Below, piece by piece: positions 27,447 through 35,059 of a stretch of DNA of 64,000 bases (positions within the stretch are counted from its first letter, which is position 1; every line of letters starts with the position of its first letter). The notes below the pieces were generated by a model, which saw only the letters and a program-made list of their open reading frames with translations, was not told where the DNA came from and did not search any database. The stretch covers positions 5,343 through 69,342 of the forward strand of contig CAYMOV010000005.1 of assembly GCA_964392085.1 (NCBI GenBank), written 5' to 3'. Both the position numbers and the translations under genes were made by a program. The DNA comes from an uncultured bacterium. Its GTDB lineage: Bacteria; Oederibacteriota; Muellerivitia; Muellerivitales; Muellerivitaceae.

Positions 27447-27611
27447 AACCACAGATTCACACGGATGCACACCGATTTGGCGAAGGCTCATGGGATGGGA
27501 TCGAACGTCGCTCCCGTCAAATAAAAGAAACACTCACCAGAACTATTTCGCTTAGTTTCACAGTCAAATCATAAAGTTGTATCTGTGTGAATCCGTGTGC
27601 ATCTGTGGTTG
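27447..27611. repeat. intergenic inverted-repeat element, copy 3
   Basis: Arms aaccacagattcacacggatgcacacc (27447-27473) and ctgtgtgaatccgtgtgcatctgtggttg (27583-27611). It lies in the low-GC spacer upstream of nmrA and is followed by a terminator. Confidence 0.5.
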
Positions 27612-27636
27612 CAATCGTTTGGCGGTTTCAGGTCGT

Positions 27637-27670
27637 AAAAAAAAAGCGGGCCGTTGGGCCCGCCTTTTTT
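27637..27670. terminator. bidirectional Rho-independent terminator
   Basis: A9-gcgggcc-gttg-ggcccgc-T6. Confidence 0.7.
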
Positions 27671-27700
27671 CGCCAAACCGACAACAGGGTGAGGGTTTCG

Positions 27701-28696
27701 CTACGCCTTCGTCTCCTGCATCTCCCGGCGGATGAAGTGGAGGATGGCCGGCGCCAGGGGGATCCCGGCGAGCCCCAGGGTGGTCTCGCCGATCAGGATG
27801 GCCAACAGGATCTGCCACATGGGCATCTCCACGTTGGACCCCACGATCTTGCTGTTGAGGAAGTACTCGCCCTTGTGGATCACCACCAGGTAGGCCAGGG
27901 CGAACAGGGCGTGCTCGGGCGAGACCGTGAGGGCCGTGCCCAGGATGACCGAGTTGGAGATCAGGTTGCCGATGATGGGCAGGAGGCCCGCCAGGAACGT
28001 GGTGAGGACCAAAAAGATCACGTAGGGCATCCCCAGGACCGTGAGGAACACCGCGGTGAGGGCCGTGTTGATGGCGCTGATCAGCAACTGGGCCCCCATG
28101 ACCCGCCCGAAGCTCCCCAGGAAACCCTGGACCTGGCGCTCCATCTCGACCCCCACCGCCGCGTAGAGGCTGGAGCCCCTCTTCGCGGTGGAACCCTGGA
28201 GGAAGTAGAAGACCGCCGCGAAACCGCCCAGGAGGATCGTGAAGACCTCCTTGGTCAGGAGAAGGCTATAGCGCTTGACCACCCCCAGGTTCTGCCGGAA
28301 GGCGGACAGCATCGCCTGTTGCAGTTCCTCGATGGTGTCGAACTGGATGTCGAAGCCGAACTGGTCCGAAAGGTGGTTGAGGGTGGGGATCAGCTTGGCG
28401 AGGATCACCGGGACCGCCGCCAGGCTCTGTTTCACGAACTTCACGAACACCAAGCCCGCGAGGCCCAGGACGACCAGGAACACCGCGAGGGCGGCGTACC
28501 GCGCGATCCCCCGCCCCATGGACTTGGTCAGGTGTCGGTGCACTTGGTCGAGGAAGACGTAGAACACCAGCCCCGTCAGGATCGCCGGCGCCAAGTGGAA
28601 GAACCCGACCGCCAAGAGCGCCCCGCCCAGCAACAGGTAGACCAGGTGCTTGGTGGAAAGCTTGCGCTGGGGTGTCGCCGGGGTCCTCTTGGGCAT
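27701..28696 (-). CDS. AI-2E family transporter (PerM/UPF0118)
   Basis: 331 aa with about 8 TM helices. It has the typical AI-2E topology and conserved G/P-rich helices. Confidence 0.85.
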   Translation of the reverse strand: MPKRTPATPQRKLSTKHLVYLLLGGALLAVGFFHLAPAILTGLVFYVFLDQVHRHLTKSMGRGIARYAALAVFLVVLGLAGLVFVKFVKQSLAAVPVILAKLIPTLNHLSDQFGFDIQFDTIEELQQAMLSAFRQNLGVVKRYSLLLTKEVFTILLGGFAAVFYFLQGSTAKRGSSLYAAVGVEMERQVQGFLGSFGRVMGAQLLISAINTALTAVFLTVLGMPYVIFLVLTTFLAGLLPIIGNLISNSVILGTALTVSPEHALFALAYLVVIHKGEYFLNSKIVGSNVEMPMWQILLAILIGETTLGLAGIPLAPAILHFIRREMQETKA

Positions 28697-28697
28697 C

Positions 28698-29267
28698 CTA
28701 GTCCTTGACCTTCTTGAGGACGTTGCGGTCCTTGTGCTCGAACAGCTGGGTCCGGCCCTTGAGCAACATCACGGTATTCTCGGCGTAGGCGAGGGTCCCG
28801 TCGTCGCGGACCTCAATCTCCTGGTCGAACAAAACGGTCTTGAATTCCTCCTCGAGGAAGGGGTTGGACAGGATGCCGAAGGTGCCGTTCCCGACCCGGG
28901 CCGACACCTTGAACTTCTTGGCGTCCGCCGCGCAGGTGCCGCCCGCCAGGACCACCATGGCCCGGGGGATCGTCAGGCTCTTCATGATCCACTTGTTCTT
29001 GGCGTCCCAATACCAGTAGCCGATCTCGTCGTGGAAAGGGTCCCCCTCGCCCGGGTCGCGCCAGGCCTGCAGGTGGTACCGGAGGCCGTAGAGTACCTGC
29101 TCATGGTTCTCCGCCGGGCCGAAGGGCTCGAAAACCATCCGCTCGCGGAACTTGGTCTCCTCGACTTCCCGCGCGGCCGAGGGGCCGATGTCCAGGCCGC
29201 TTCCGCCCTCCCAGGTGCCGACGAGGGGACGCAAGGGTCCGAGCTTCTCGAGGATGGGGTTCGACAT
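28698..29267 (-). CDS. nitrobindin/THAP4-like heme-binding beta-barrel (DUF1794) protein
   Basis: The ATG at 29267 with an AAGGAG RBS gives MSNPILEKLGPLRPLVGTWEGGSGLD, the characteristic lipocalin-like barrel start. The ORF-track 544-aa ORF is an antisense run-on into the GH2 gene. Confidence 0.7.
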   Translation of the reverse strand: MSNPILEKLGPLRPLVGTWEGGSGLDIGPSAAREVEETKFRERMVFEPFGPAENHEQVLYGLRYHLQAWRDPGEGDPFHDEIGYWYWDAKNKWIMKSLTIPRAMVVLAGGTCAADAKKFKVSARVGNGTFGILSNPFLEEEFKTVLFDQEIEVRDDGTLAYAENTVMLLKGRTQLFEHKDRNVLKKVKD

Positions 29268-29396
29268 AGGGCGCTCCTTGGGGAGTGGATCCGGCCGGAT
29301 GGCCGACGGACCGCATTTTAACACGCCCCGCCCCGGCGGCAGGGGGCAAACGCTTGCACTCTTTCGGGGCCCCAACCCCTTTCGCCCCGCCTTACA

Positions 29397-32327
29397 ATGT
29401 CGCGGTTGCCCCTCGAACCCCGATTCAAGGAATCCCCCGTGACGAAGACCCTCCTCATCCTTTTGACCCTCGCGATCTTCCCCCGCTTGTCCCTGGGCGC
29501 CGTTGGGTCCGCCTCGCCCCGTGAACGCCTGTCGTTGGACAAAGGTTGGTTCTTCGCCCTGGGCCACGCCTACGACCCCACGAAGGACTTCGGCTTCGAC
29601 ACCGACTATTTCTCCACGATCACCAAGGCCGGCTACGGCAGCGGCCCCGTGACTTCCAGCTTCGACGACCGGGGCTGGCGCTCGGTGGACGTGCCCCACG
29701 ATTGGGCGGCGGAGCTTCCCTTCTCGCCCGAGGGAAGCCGCAGCCACGGCTACAAGGCCCTGGGCCGGAAGTTCCCGGGCGCCAGCGTGGGTTGGTACCG
29801 CCGTCATTTCTTCATCTCCGAGAAGGACCTGGGCCGCCGCGTCAGCGTGGTGTTCGACGGGGTCCAGCGGGACGCCGTGGTCTGGGTCAACGGCTTTTAC
29901 CTGGGCCGGGAAACCAGCGGCTACAGCGGCTTCCGTTATGACGTGTCCGAACTCCTGAATTACGGCGGCGACAACGTGGTGGTGGTTCGGGCCGACGTCA
30001 CGACGGAGGAAGGCTGGTTCTACGAGGGCGCCGGGATCTACCGCCATACCTGGCTCGAGAAGACCGACCCCCTCCACGTGGCCCCCGACGGCGTCTTCGT
30101 TGAATCCGAGGTGAAGGGCGATTCGGCCCGCCTCTCGACCGAGGCCACCGTCCGAAACGACGGCGCCACCCCGGTTTCGTACGAAGTCACCCAGGACGTC
30201 CGGGACGAGGACGGCCGGTCGGTCGCCACCGGCAAGGTGGGCGGCCTGAAACTGGCCCCCGGCGAAGAGGGGAAATCCCTGGGTTCCCTCCAGGTGTCCA
30301 AGGCCCTGCTTTGGTCCCTCGAATCCCCTCATTTATATACGTTGTTCACGGTTGTCCAATCCGGGTCCAAGGTCGTGGACCGGGTGGTCACGACCTTCGG
30401 CATCCGAACCCTGGGGTTCGACCCCGTCCAGGGGTTCCTCCTCAATGGGAAGCACGTCGAGCTCAAGGGCACCTGCGTCCACCAGGACTTCGCCGGGGTG
30501 GGGGCCGCCCTGCCGGACGCCCTGCAGGACTACCGGATCCGGGCCCTGAAGTCCTTCGGCTGCAACGCCTACCGCTGTTCCCACAACCCCCCGACCCCGG
30601 AGTTGCTGGACGCCTGCGACCGGCTCGGCATGCTGGTATTGGACGAGAATCGCCTCATGGGTGTCACCCCCGAGCTGACCGGACGCCTGGAGTGGCTGGT
30701 CAAGCGCGACCGCAACCACCCCTGCGTCTTCGCCTGGTCCCTGGGCAACGAGGAATGGACCATCGAGGGCAACGTGAGGGGCGAGCGCATCGGCGCGCTC
30801 ATGCAGGCCATCGTGAAGCGCCTGGACCCCACCCGGGGGATCACCGCGGCCGTCAGCGGCGGCTGGGGCAAGGGCCTGTCGGAGGTCTTGGAGGTCATGG
30901 GCTACAACTACTACACCCACGGCGACCTGGACGGCCACCACAAGAGCCATCCCCAACAACCCTCCTTCGGGAGCGAGGAATCCTCCACCCACTCGACCCG
31001 GGGCTGTTACGAGACCGTCCAGGCGGCCTGCCACCTGGCCCCCGCGGACCGGGCCGGGGAATTCAGCGCCGAGACATCCTGGAAGCACTACCTGGCCCGT
31101 CCCTTCCTGGGCGGCCTGTTCTATTGGACCGGGTTCGACTACCGGGGGGAACCCACGCCCTTCGACTGGCCGGCCATCGGCTCCCAATACGGCATCCTGG
31201 ACCTCTGCGGCTTCCCGAAGGACCAGGCCTATTACCTGAAGGCCTGGTGGACCGACGAACCCGTCCTGCACCTGTCGCCGCATTGGAACTGGAAGGGCCG
31301 TGAGGGGAAGCCCGTGACCGTCTGGGCCGATTCGAACTGCGCGGCGGTGGAATTGTTCCTGAACGGGAGGAGTCAGGGGCGCAAGGACATGCCCCTGAAC
31401 TCGCACCTGGAATGGGTGGTCCCTTATGAGCCGGGCGTCCTGTCCGCCGAGGGGTTCAAGGACGGCAAGCCGACGATGGAAACAAAGGTCGAGACCGCCG
31501 GCCCACCCGCCTCCCTCGCCCTCTCGGCCGACCGGATGGACCCGAAGGCCGATTCAGTGGACGTCTCGGTGGTGACGGTGAGCGCCCTGGACGCGAAGGG
31601 CGTCGCGAACCCCCTGGCGGGTGCGGAAGCCACTTTCTCGCTGGAAGGCCCCGGCAAGATCATCGGCGTGGGTAACGGCGACCCTTCCTGCCATGAGCCG
31701 GACCAGGTCGTGGACCAGGTGACTTCCCAGGACATCAAGAACCTGAAGTTCAAGAGGGTCGTGGGATGGGACGGGCTATCCGAGGTGGCGCCCGGGTTCA
31801 ACGACCAGGCTTGGCCCGAGGGCTTCTCGTTCCGGGGCAGGATCGACGGCAAGGCGCGGAACGTCCCCATGACGATGGTGATCCGGGGCGAATTCACCCT
31901 GGCCCCCTATGGGCCGGACACCGTCCTCACCTTCTACCCCAAGGCCATCGGGGAGGAACAGGACCTTTACATCAACGGCAAGCTCATCGTGAAGGGCCTG
32001 AAGAACGGCGACAAGACCCAAGCCTACAATCTGGAACACTCGATCCTCCACCCCGGCCGCAACACCTACGCCATGGTGGGGACGCCCCTGAGGATGCGCT
32101 GGGACTGGGACTACGGCAACACCCACCCGGGCACGATCGGGGCCTTCACGCCCCACGGGCCCTGGAAGCGCAGTCTCTTCAACGGTTTGGCCCAGGTATT
32201 GGTCCAGACGCAGGGGACGCCGGGGGAGATCATCCTGAAGGCCGAGGCGAAGGGCCTGGCCCCCGCGGTCTTGAAGTTGGAGTCGAAATCGGCGAACCTG
32301 CCGGTGGCCGCCCCCTCGGCACCCTAA
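29397..32327 (+). CDS. glycoside hydrolase family 2 protein (beta-galactosidase/beta-mannosidase-like), secreted
   Basis: Signal peptide LLILLTLAIFPRLSLGA. It has a GH2 sugar-binding domain, NHPCVFAWSLGNEEW (acid/base region), a TIM barrel, and C-terminal beta-sandwich domains. Confidence 0.9.
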   Translation: MSRLPLEPRFKESPVTKTLLILLTLAIFPRLSLGAVGSASPRERLSLDKGWFFALGHAYDPTKDFGFDTDYFSTITKAGYGSGPVTSSFDDRGWRSVDVPHDWAAELPFSPEGSRSHGYKALGRKFPGASVGWYRRHFFISEKDLGRRVSVVFDGVQRDAVVWVNGFYLGRETSGYSGFRYDVSELLNYGGDNVVVVRADVTTEEGWFYEGAGIYRHTWLEKTDPLHVAPDGVFVESEVKGDSARLSTEATVRNDGATPVSYEVTQDVRDEDGRSVATGKVGGLKLAPGEEGKSLGSLQVSKALLWSLESPHLYTLFTVVQSGSKVVDRVVTTFGIRTLGFDPVQGFLLNGKHVELKGTCVHQDFAGVGAALPDALQDYRIRALKSFGCNAYRCSHNPPTPELLDACDRLGMLVLDENRLMGVTPELTGRLEWLVKRDRNHPCVFAWSLGNEEWTIEGNVRGERIGALMQAIVKRLDPTRGITAAVSGGWGKGLSEVLEVMGYNYYTHGDLDGHHKSHPQQPSFGSEESSTHSTRGCYETVQAACHLAPADRAGEFSAETSWKHYLARPFLGGLFYWTGFDYRGEPTPFDWPAIGSQYGILDLCGFPKDQAYYLKAWWTDEPVLHLSPHWNWKGREGKPVTVWADSNCAAVELFLNGRSQGRKDMPLNSHLEWVVPYEPGVLSAEGFKDGKPTMETKVETAGPPASLALSADRMDPKADSVDVSVVTVSALDAKGVANPLAGAEATFSLEGPGKIIGVGNGDPSCHEPDQVVDQVTSQDIKNLKFKRVVGWDGLSEVAPGFNDQAWPEGFSFRGRIDGKARNVPMTMVIRGEFTLAPYGPDTVLTFYPKAIGEEQDLYINGKLIVKGLKNGDKTQAYNLEHSILHPGRNTYAMVGTPLRMRWDWDYGNTHPGTIGAFTPHGPWKRSLFNGLAQVLVQTQGTPGEIILKAEAKGLAPAVLKLESKSANLPVAAPSAP

Positions 32328-32463
32328 GCGCAACCACTTTAGAACCACGGGGAAGGCGGAGGGCACGGAGGAACAGAAACGCAAGCTTGGGGTTCATGTC
32401 CAAATTTGATTTCTCCGTGACCCCCTTTTACCCCGTGGTTAAATCGGATTTTTTGAGGCCATT

Positions 32464-32895
32464 TTGAACCAAGAACCAAGTCACCCGCCCTCCGACGCTG
32501 AGCTCCGGAAGAAGCTGTCCGAGGCCTCCAACGCCCTGCTCGACCTGCACCTGGCCCTGATGGAGGCCGTGAAGGCCGGCTATGAGAAGGTGAACGGACC
32601 CATCGCGGGCCCCGGCGCCATGCTCCATTTGTTGTTGAACGACCCCGCCTTCGCCTGGCTCAGGCCGATCTCCGGGATGATGGCGAAGTTGGACGAGTGG
32701 ACCGACGACAAGAAGACGCCGTTGGACCAAGCCCAGGTGGCCCTGGCCCTCCGCCAGGTCGAGGTCTGGACCAGCGAGTCCCCCTGCGGGGACGCCACCA
32801 ACGACAGTTACCGGGTTTATTTGGGGAACGATCACGCAGTCACCATGGCCCACGCGGTCCTACGCATCAAGCTGAAGGCCCTGCCCAAGCCTTAA
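32464..32895 (+). CDS. hypothetical protein (TTG start)
   Basis: 143 aa with no recognisable motif. Its codon usage is consistent with its neighbours. Confidence 0.45.
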   Translation: MNQEPSHPPSDAELRKKLSEASNALLDLHLALMEAVKAGYEKVNGPIAGPGAMLHLLLNDPAFAWLRPISGMMAKLDEWTDDKKTPLDQAQVALALRQVEVWTSESPCGDATNDSYRVYLGNDHAVTMAHAVLRIKLKALPKP

Positions 32896-32942
32896 TTTGA
32901 CGTCTTGACGTCACCGAAGTAACTTGGGGTGGGAGGTGGATC

Positions 32943-33167
32943 ATGAATGCCAAGGCCACCCTATATCTCGACCAGAAACTGTTGAAGGCCGCCAAAATCA
33001 AGGCCGCCCACCAGGACCAAAGCCTGTCCTACCTGGTGAATGAGGCCCTCCGGTTCTCGCTCAGCGAGGACGCGGCGGACAATGCGGCCACCGGTAAACG
33101 CGCGAAGGAACCTGTCCGCAGTCTGGAAGCCGTCCTCAAGGACCTCAAGCGCGACGGCCTGCTGTAA
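32943..33167 (+). CDS. type II antitoxin (ribbon-helix-helix-like)
   Basis: 74 aa. It is basic and helical at the N-terminus (ATLYLDQKLLKAAKIKAAHQ) and sits 6 nt upstream of a RelE/ParE toxin. Confidence 0.65.
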   Translation: MNAKATLYLDQKLLKAAKIKAAHQDQSLSYLVNEALRFSLSEDAADNAATGKRAKEPVRSLEAVLKDLKRDGLL

Positions 33168-33173
33168 AAATCC

Positions 33174-33440
33174 ATGCCACTCCCCCCTTATAGCGTTTCC
33201 CTCAAGAAAACCGCCGAAAAAGAACTCCGGGCGGTTCCCCCTCCCACCTTGGCCAAGGTGGTGGACCACATCAAGGCATTGGCCCACCAACCCAGGCCCC
33301 CAGGCGTCGAGAAAATGGCCGGCGGGGACCTTTATCGGATCCGTCAAGGGAATTGGCGGGTGTTGCATTCAATCCAAGACCAAGATAAAACGGTGTTTGT
33401 GATCGAGATCGGAAATCGCCGGGATGTTTATCGGCGATAG
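33174..33440 (+). CDS. RelE/ParE-family type II toxin
   Basis: 88 aa. It ends with YRIRQGNWRVLHSIQDQDKTVFVIEIGNRRDVYR, the canonical RelE/ParE C-terminus. Confidence 0.8.
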   Translation: MPLPPYSVSLKKTAEKELRAVPPPTLAKVVDHIKALAHQPRPPGVEKMAGGDLYRIRQGNWRVLHSIQDQDKTVFVIEIGNRRDVYRR

Positions 33441-33473
33441 TCATTCGATGGACAAACCTTCTCCAACTACTTT

Positions 33474-34481
33474 TTGACAGGAAACGACGCCATGGAAACC
33501 CGAAAACTTGGAAGCCAAGGCCTCAGCGTCCCCGTCCTGGGGCTCGGTTGCATGGGTATGGACTTCCAATACGGCCAGGCCGACGACGCCGAGAGCCGCC
33601 GGGTTTTGGACCGATCCCTCGACCTGGGGATGAACTTCTGGGACACCGCCGAGATGTACGGCCCCTTCGCCAACGAGACCCGGCTGGGAGAGGCCCTGAA
33701 GGGTAAACGGAACCAGGTCATCCTGGCCACCAAGTTCGCCTGGAAGATCCTACCGGACGGCAAAAGGGTGGGCCTAGACGGGAGCCCCGAGAATGTGAAG
33801 CGGGCCGTTGAGGGGTCGCTCCGGCGCCTCGGCACCGACCACTTGGACCTGCTTTATCAGCACCGCCTGGACCCCAACACTCCTATAGAAGAGACCGTGG
33901 GCGCCATGGCGGATTTGGTCAAGGAAGGAAAGGTCAAGTACCTGGGTTTAAGCGAAGTGGGGTCCCAGACGATCCGCCGGGCCCACGCGGTTCACCCCCT
34001 GTCGGCCCTCCAAAGCGAGTATTCCCTCTGGGAGACCGGCGTTGAGGAGAAGGTCTTGCCGACGTTGCGGGAACTGGGGATCGGCTTCGTGGCCTTCAGC
34101 CCCGCGGGACGGGGCTTCCTGTCGGGCGCGATCAGGAAATTCGAGGATCTCGCGCCGGAGGACGGGCGCCGGACGATCCCCCGGTTCCAGGGTGAGAACT
34201 TCGCCGCCAATATGAGGCTGGTGGACCAGATCCGGATCATCGCCGAGGGCAAGGGCGCCACCCCCACCCAAGTGGCCCTAGCCTGGCTCTTGACCCGGGG
34301 TAACGACGTGGTGGCCATCCCCGGCACCACGAAGGTGAAGCATTTGGAGGAGAACGCCCTGGCCGCCCAGCTCAAGCTGGACCAGTTCGACCAAGCCGCC
34401 ATCAGCGGCATCCTGTCGGGCTTCCGGGTTTCCGGCGAGCGCCACTCCCCCGCCATGCTGAAGACCGTCTCAAAAGATTAA
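33474..34481 (+). CDS. aldo/keto reductase
   Basis: It has the AKR catalytic tetrad context (D...Y...K...H), the GLGCMGM motif, and the IPGTTKVKHLEEN C-terminal signature. The start may be the ATG at 33492. Confidence 0.9.
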   Translation: MTGNDAMETRKLGSQGLSVPVLGLGCMGMDFQYGQADDAESRRVLDRSLDLGMNFWDTAEMYGPFANETRLGEALKGKRNQVILATKFAWKILPDGKRVGLDGSPENVKRAVEGSLRRLGTDHLDLLYQHRLDPNTPIEETVGAMADLVKEGKVKYLGLSEVGSQTIRRAHAVHPLSALQSEYSLWETGVEEKVLPTLRELGIGFVAFSPAGRGFLSGAIRKFEDLAPEDGRRTIPRFQGENFAANMRLVDQIRIIAEGKGATPTQVALAWLLTRGNDVVAIPGTTKVKHLEENALAAQLKLDQFDQAAISGILSGFRVSGERHSPAMLKTVSKD

Positions 34482-34624
34482 CAAATCCAAAATTCATTCA
34501 CCGCCAAGTCCACCAAGATCAAATAGGTAAGTCATGAAGTTCAAATCAATATTCCCCATAGAATATCCGCGGTCCAAACGTTATTGGGAGATAACCGACT
34601 CACACGTTTAGCCGAGGGACTCCG

Positions 34625-34897
34625 TTAGGTAACCTTTGGCTTCTTGTTATTGCGGGCGTAGTCCAGGGCGCGGTTCAAGCCGTCCATGAAGGCTTCCAGC
34701 TGGTCCTCGAACACCAGCACGGACGACTTGACGACCTTCCCGTTGCGCTCATGGGTGTCCGTCACGTTGAGGAAACGGTTGCCCCTCCCCGACTCGCGGT
34801 ACTCGAAGACGTATTCCCGGTTTCCCAGCTTCATGTTCTCCCAGTGGAGGCTTTTGGACTCCCCGGCGGGGGGTTTGGGGGCGGGGGTGGGTTCCAT
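34625..34897 (-). CDS. DUF3276 (bacterial Pur-alpha-like nucleic-acid-binding) protein
   Basis: 90 aa. It has the REYVFEYRESGRGNRFLNVTD...VLVFEDQLEAFMDGL pattern typical of DUF3276 / PUR-like repeats. Confidence 0.6.
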   Translation of the reverse strand: MEPTPAPKPPAGESKSLHWENMKLGNREYVFEYRESGRGNRFLNVTDTHERNGKVVKSSVLVFEDQLEAFMDGLNRALDYARNNKKPKVT

Positions 34898-35002
34898 GTT
34901 CTCAACCTTTCGACGGGTCTATTCCCCGCCTGTGCGGGGCCTGTTCAGGCCATCTTGCCACATAATCGCCCCGGTAAACCGGGGTCGCTTTTCGCCCAAA
35001 AC

Positions 35003-35031
35003 AAAAAGGCCGCCCGGGGGCGGCCTTTTTT
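35003..35031. terminator. bidirectional Rho-independent terminator
   Basis: A5-ggccgcccg-ggg-cgggcggcc-T6. Confidence 0.7.
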
Positions 35032-35059
35032 ACATCCAACCCGTCACGACGTCAGGGCC

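Noticed and set aside
27481-27530. tRNA-like fragment (gggatcgaacgtcgctccc)
   Set aside because: It has only a T-loop-like pentamer, with no acceptor stem, anticodon arm or CCA context. It lies inside the core of IR element copy 3.
29345-29365. Sigma-54-like sequence GGGGGCAAACGCTTGCA upstream of the GH2 gene
   Set aside because: The GG-to-GC spacing is one nucleotide off, and the -24 element is GGCAA rather than GGCAC. It is weaker than the three hits at the DUF3494 genes.
28698-30332. 544-aa minus-strand ORF
   Set aside because: Only the last 189 aa (from the ATG at 29267 with an AAGGAG RBS) form the nitrobindin-like protein. The upstream part is antisense to the GH2 gene.
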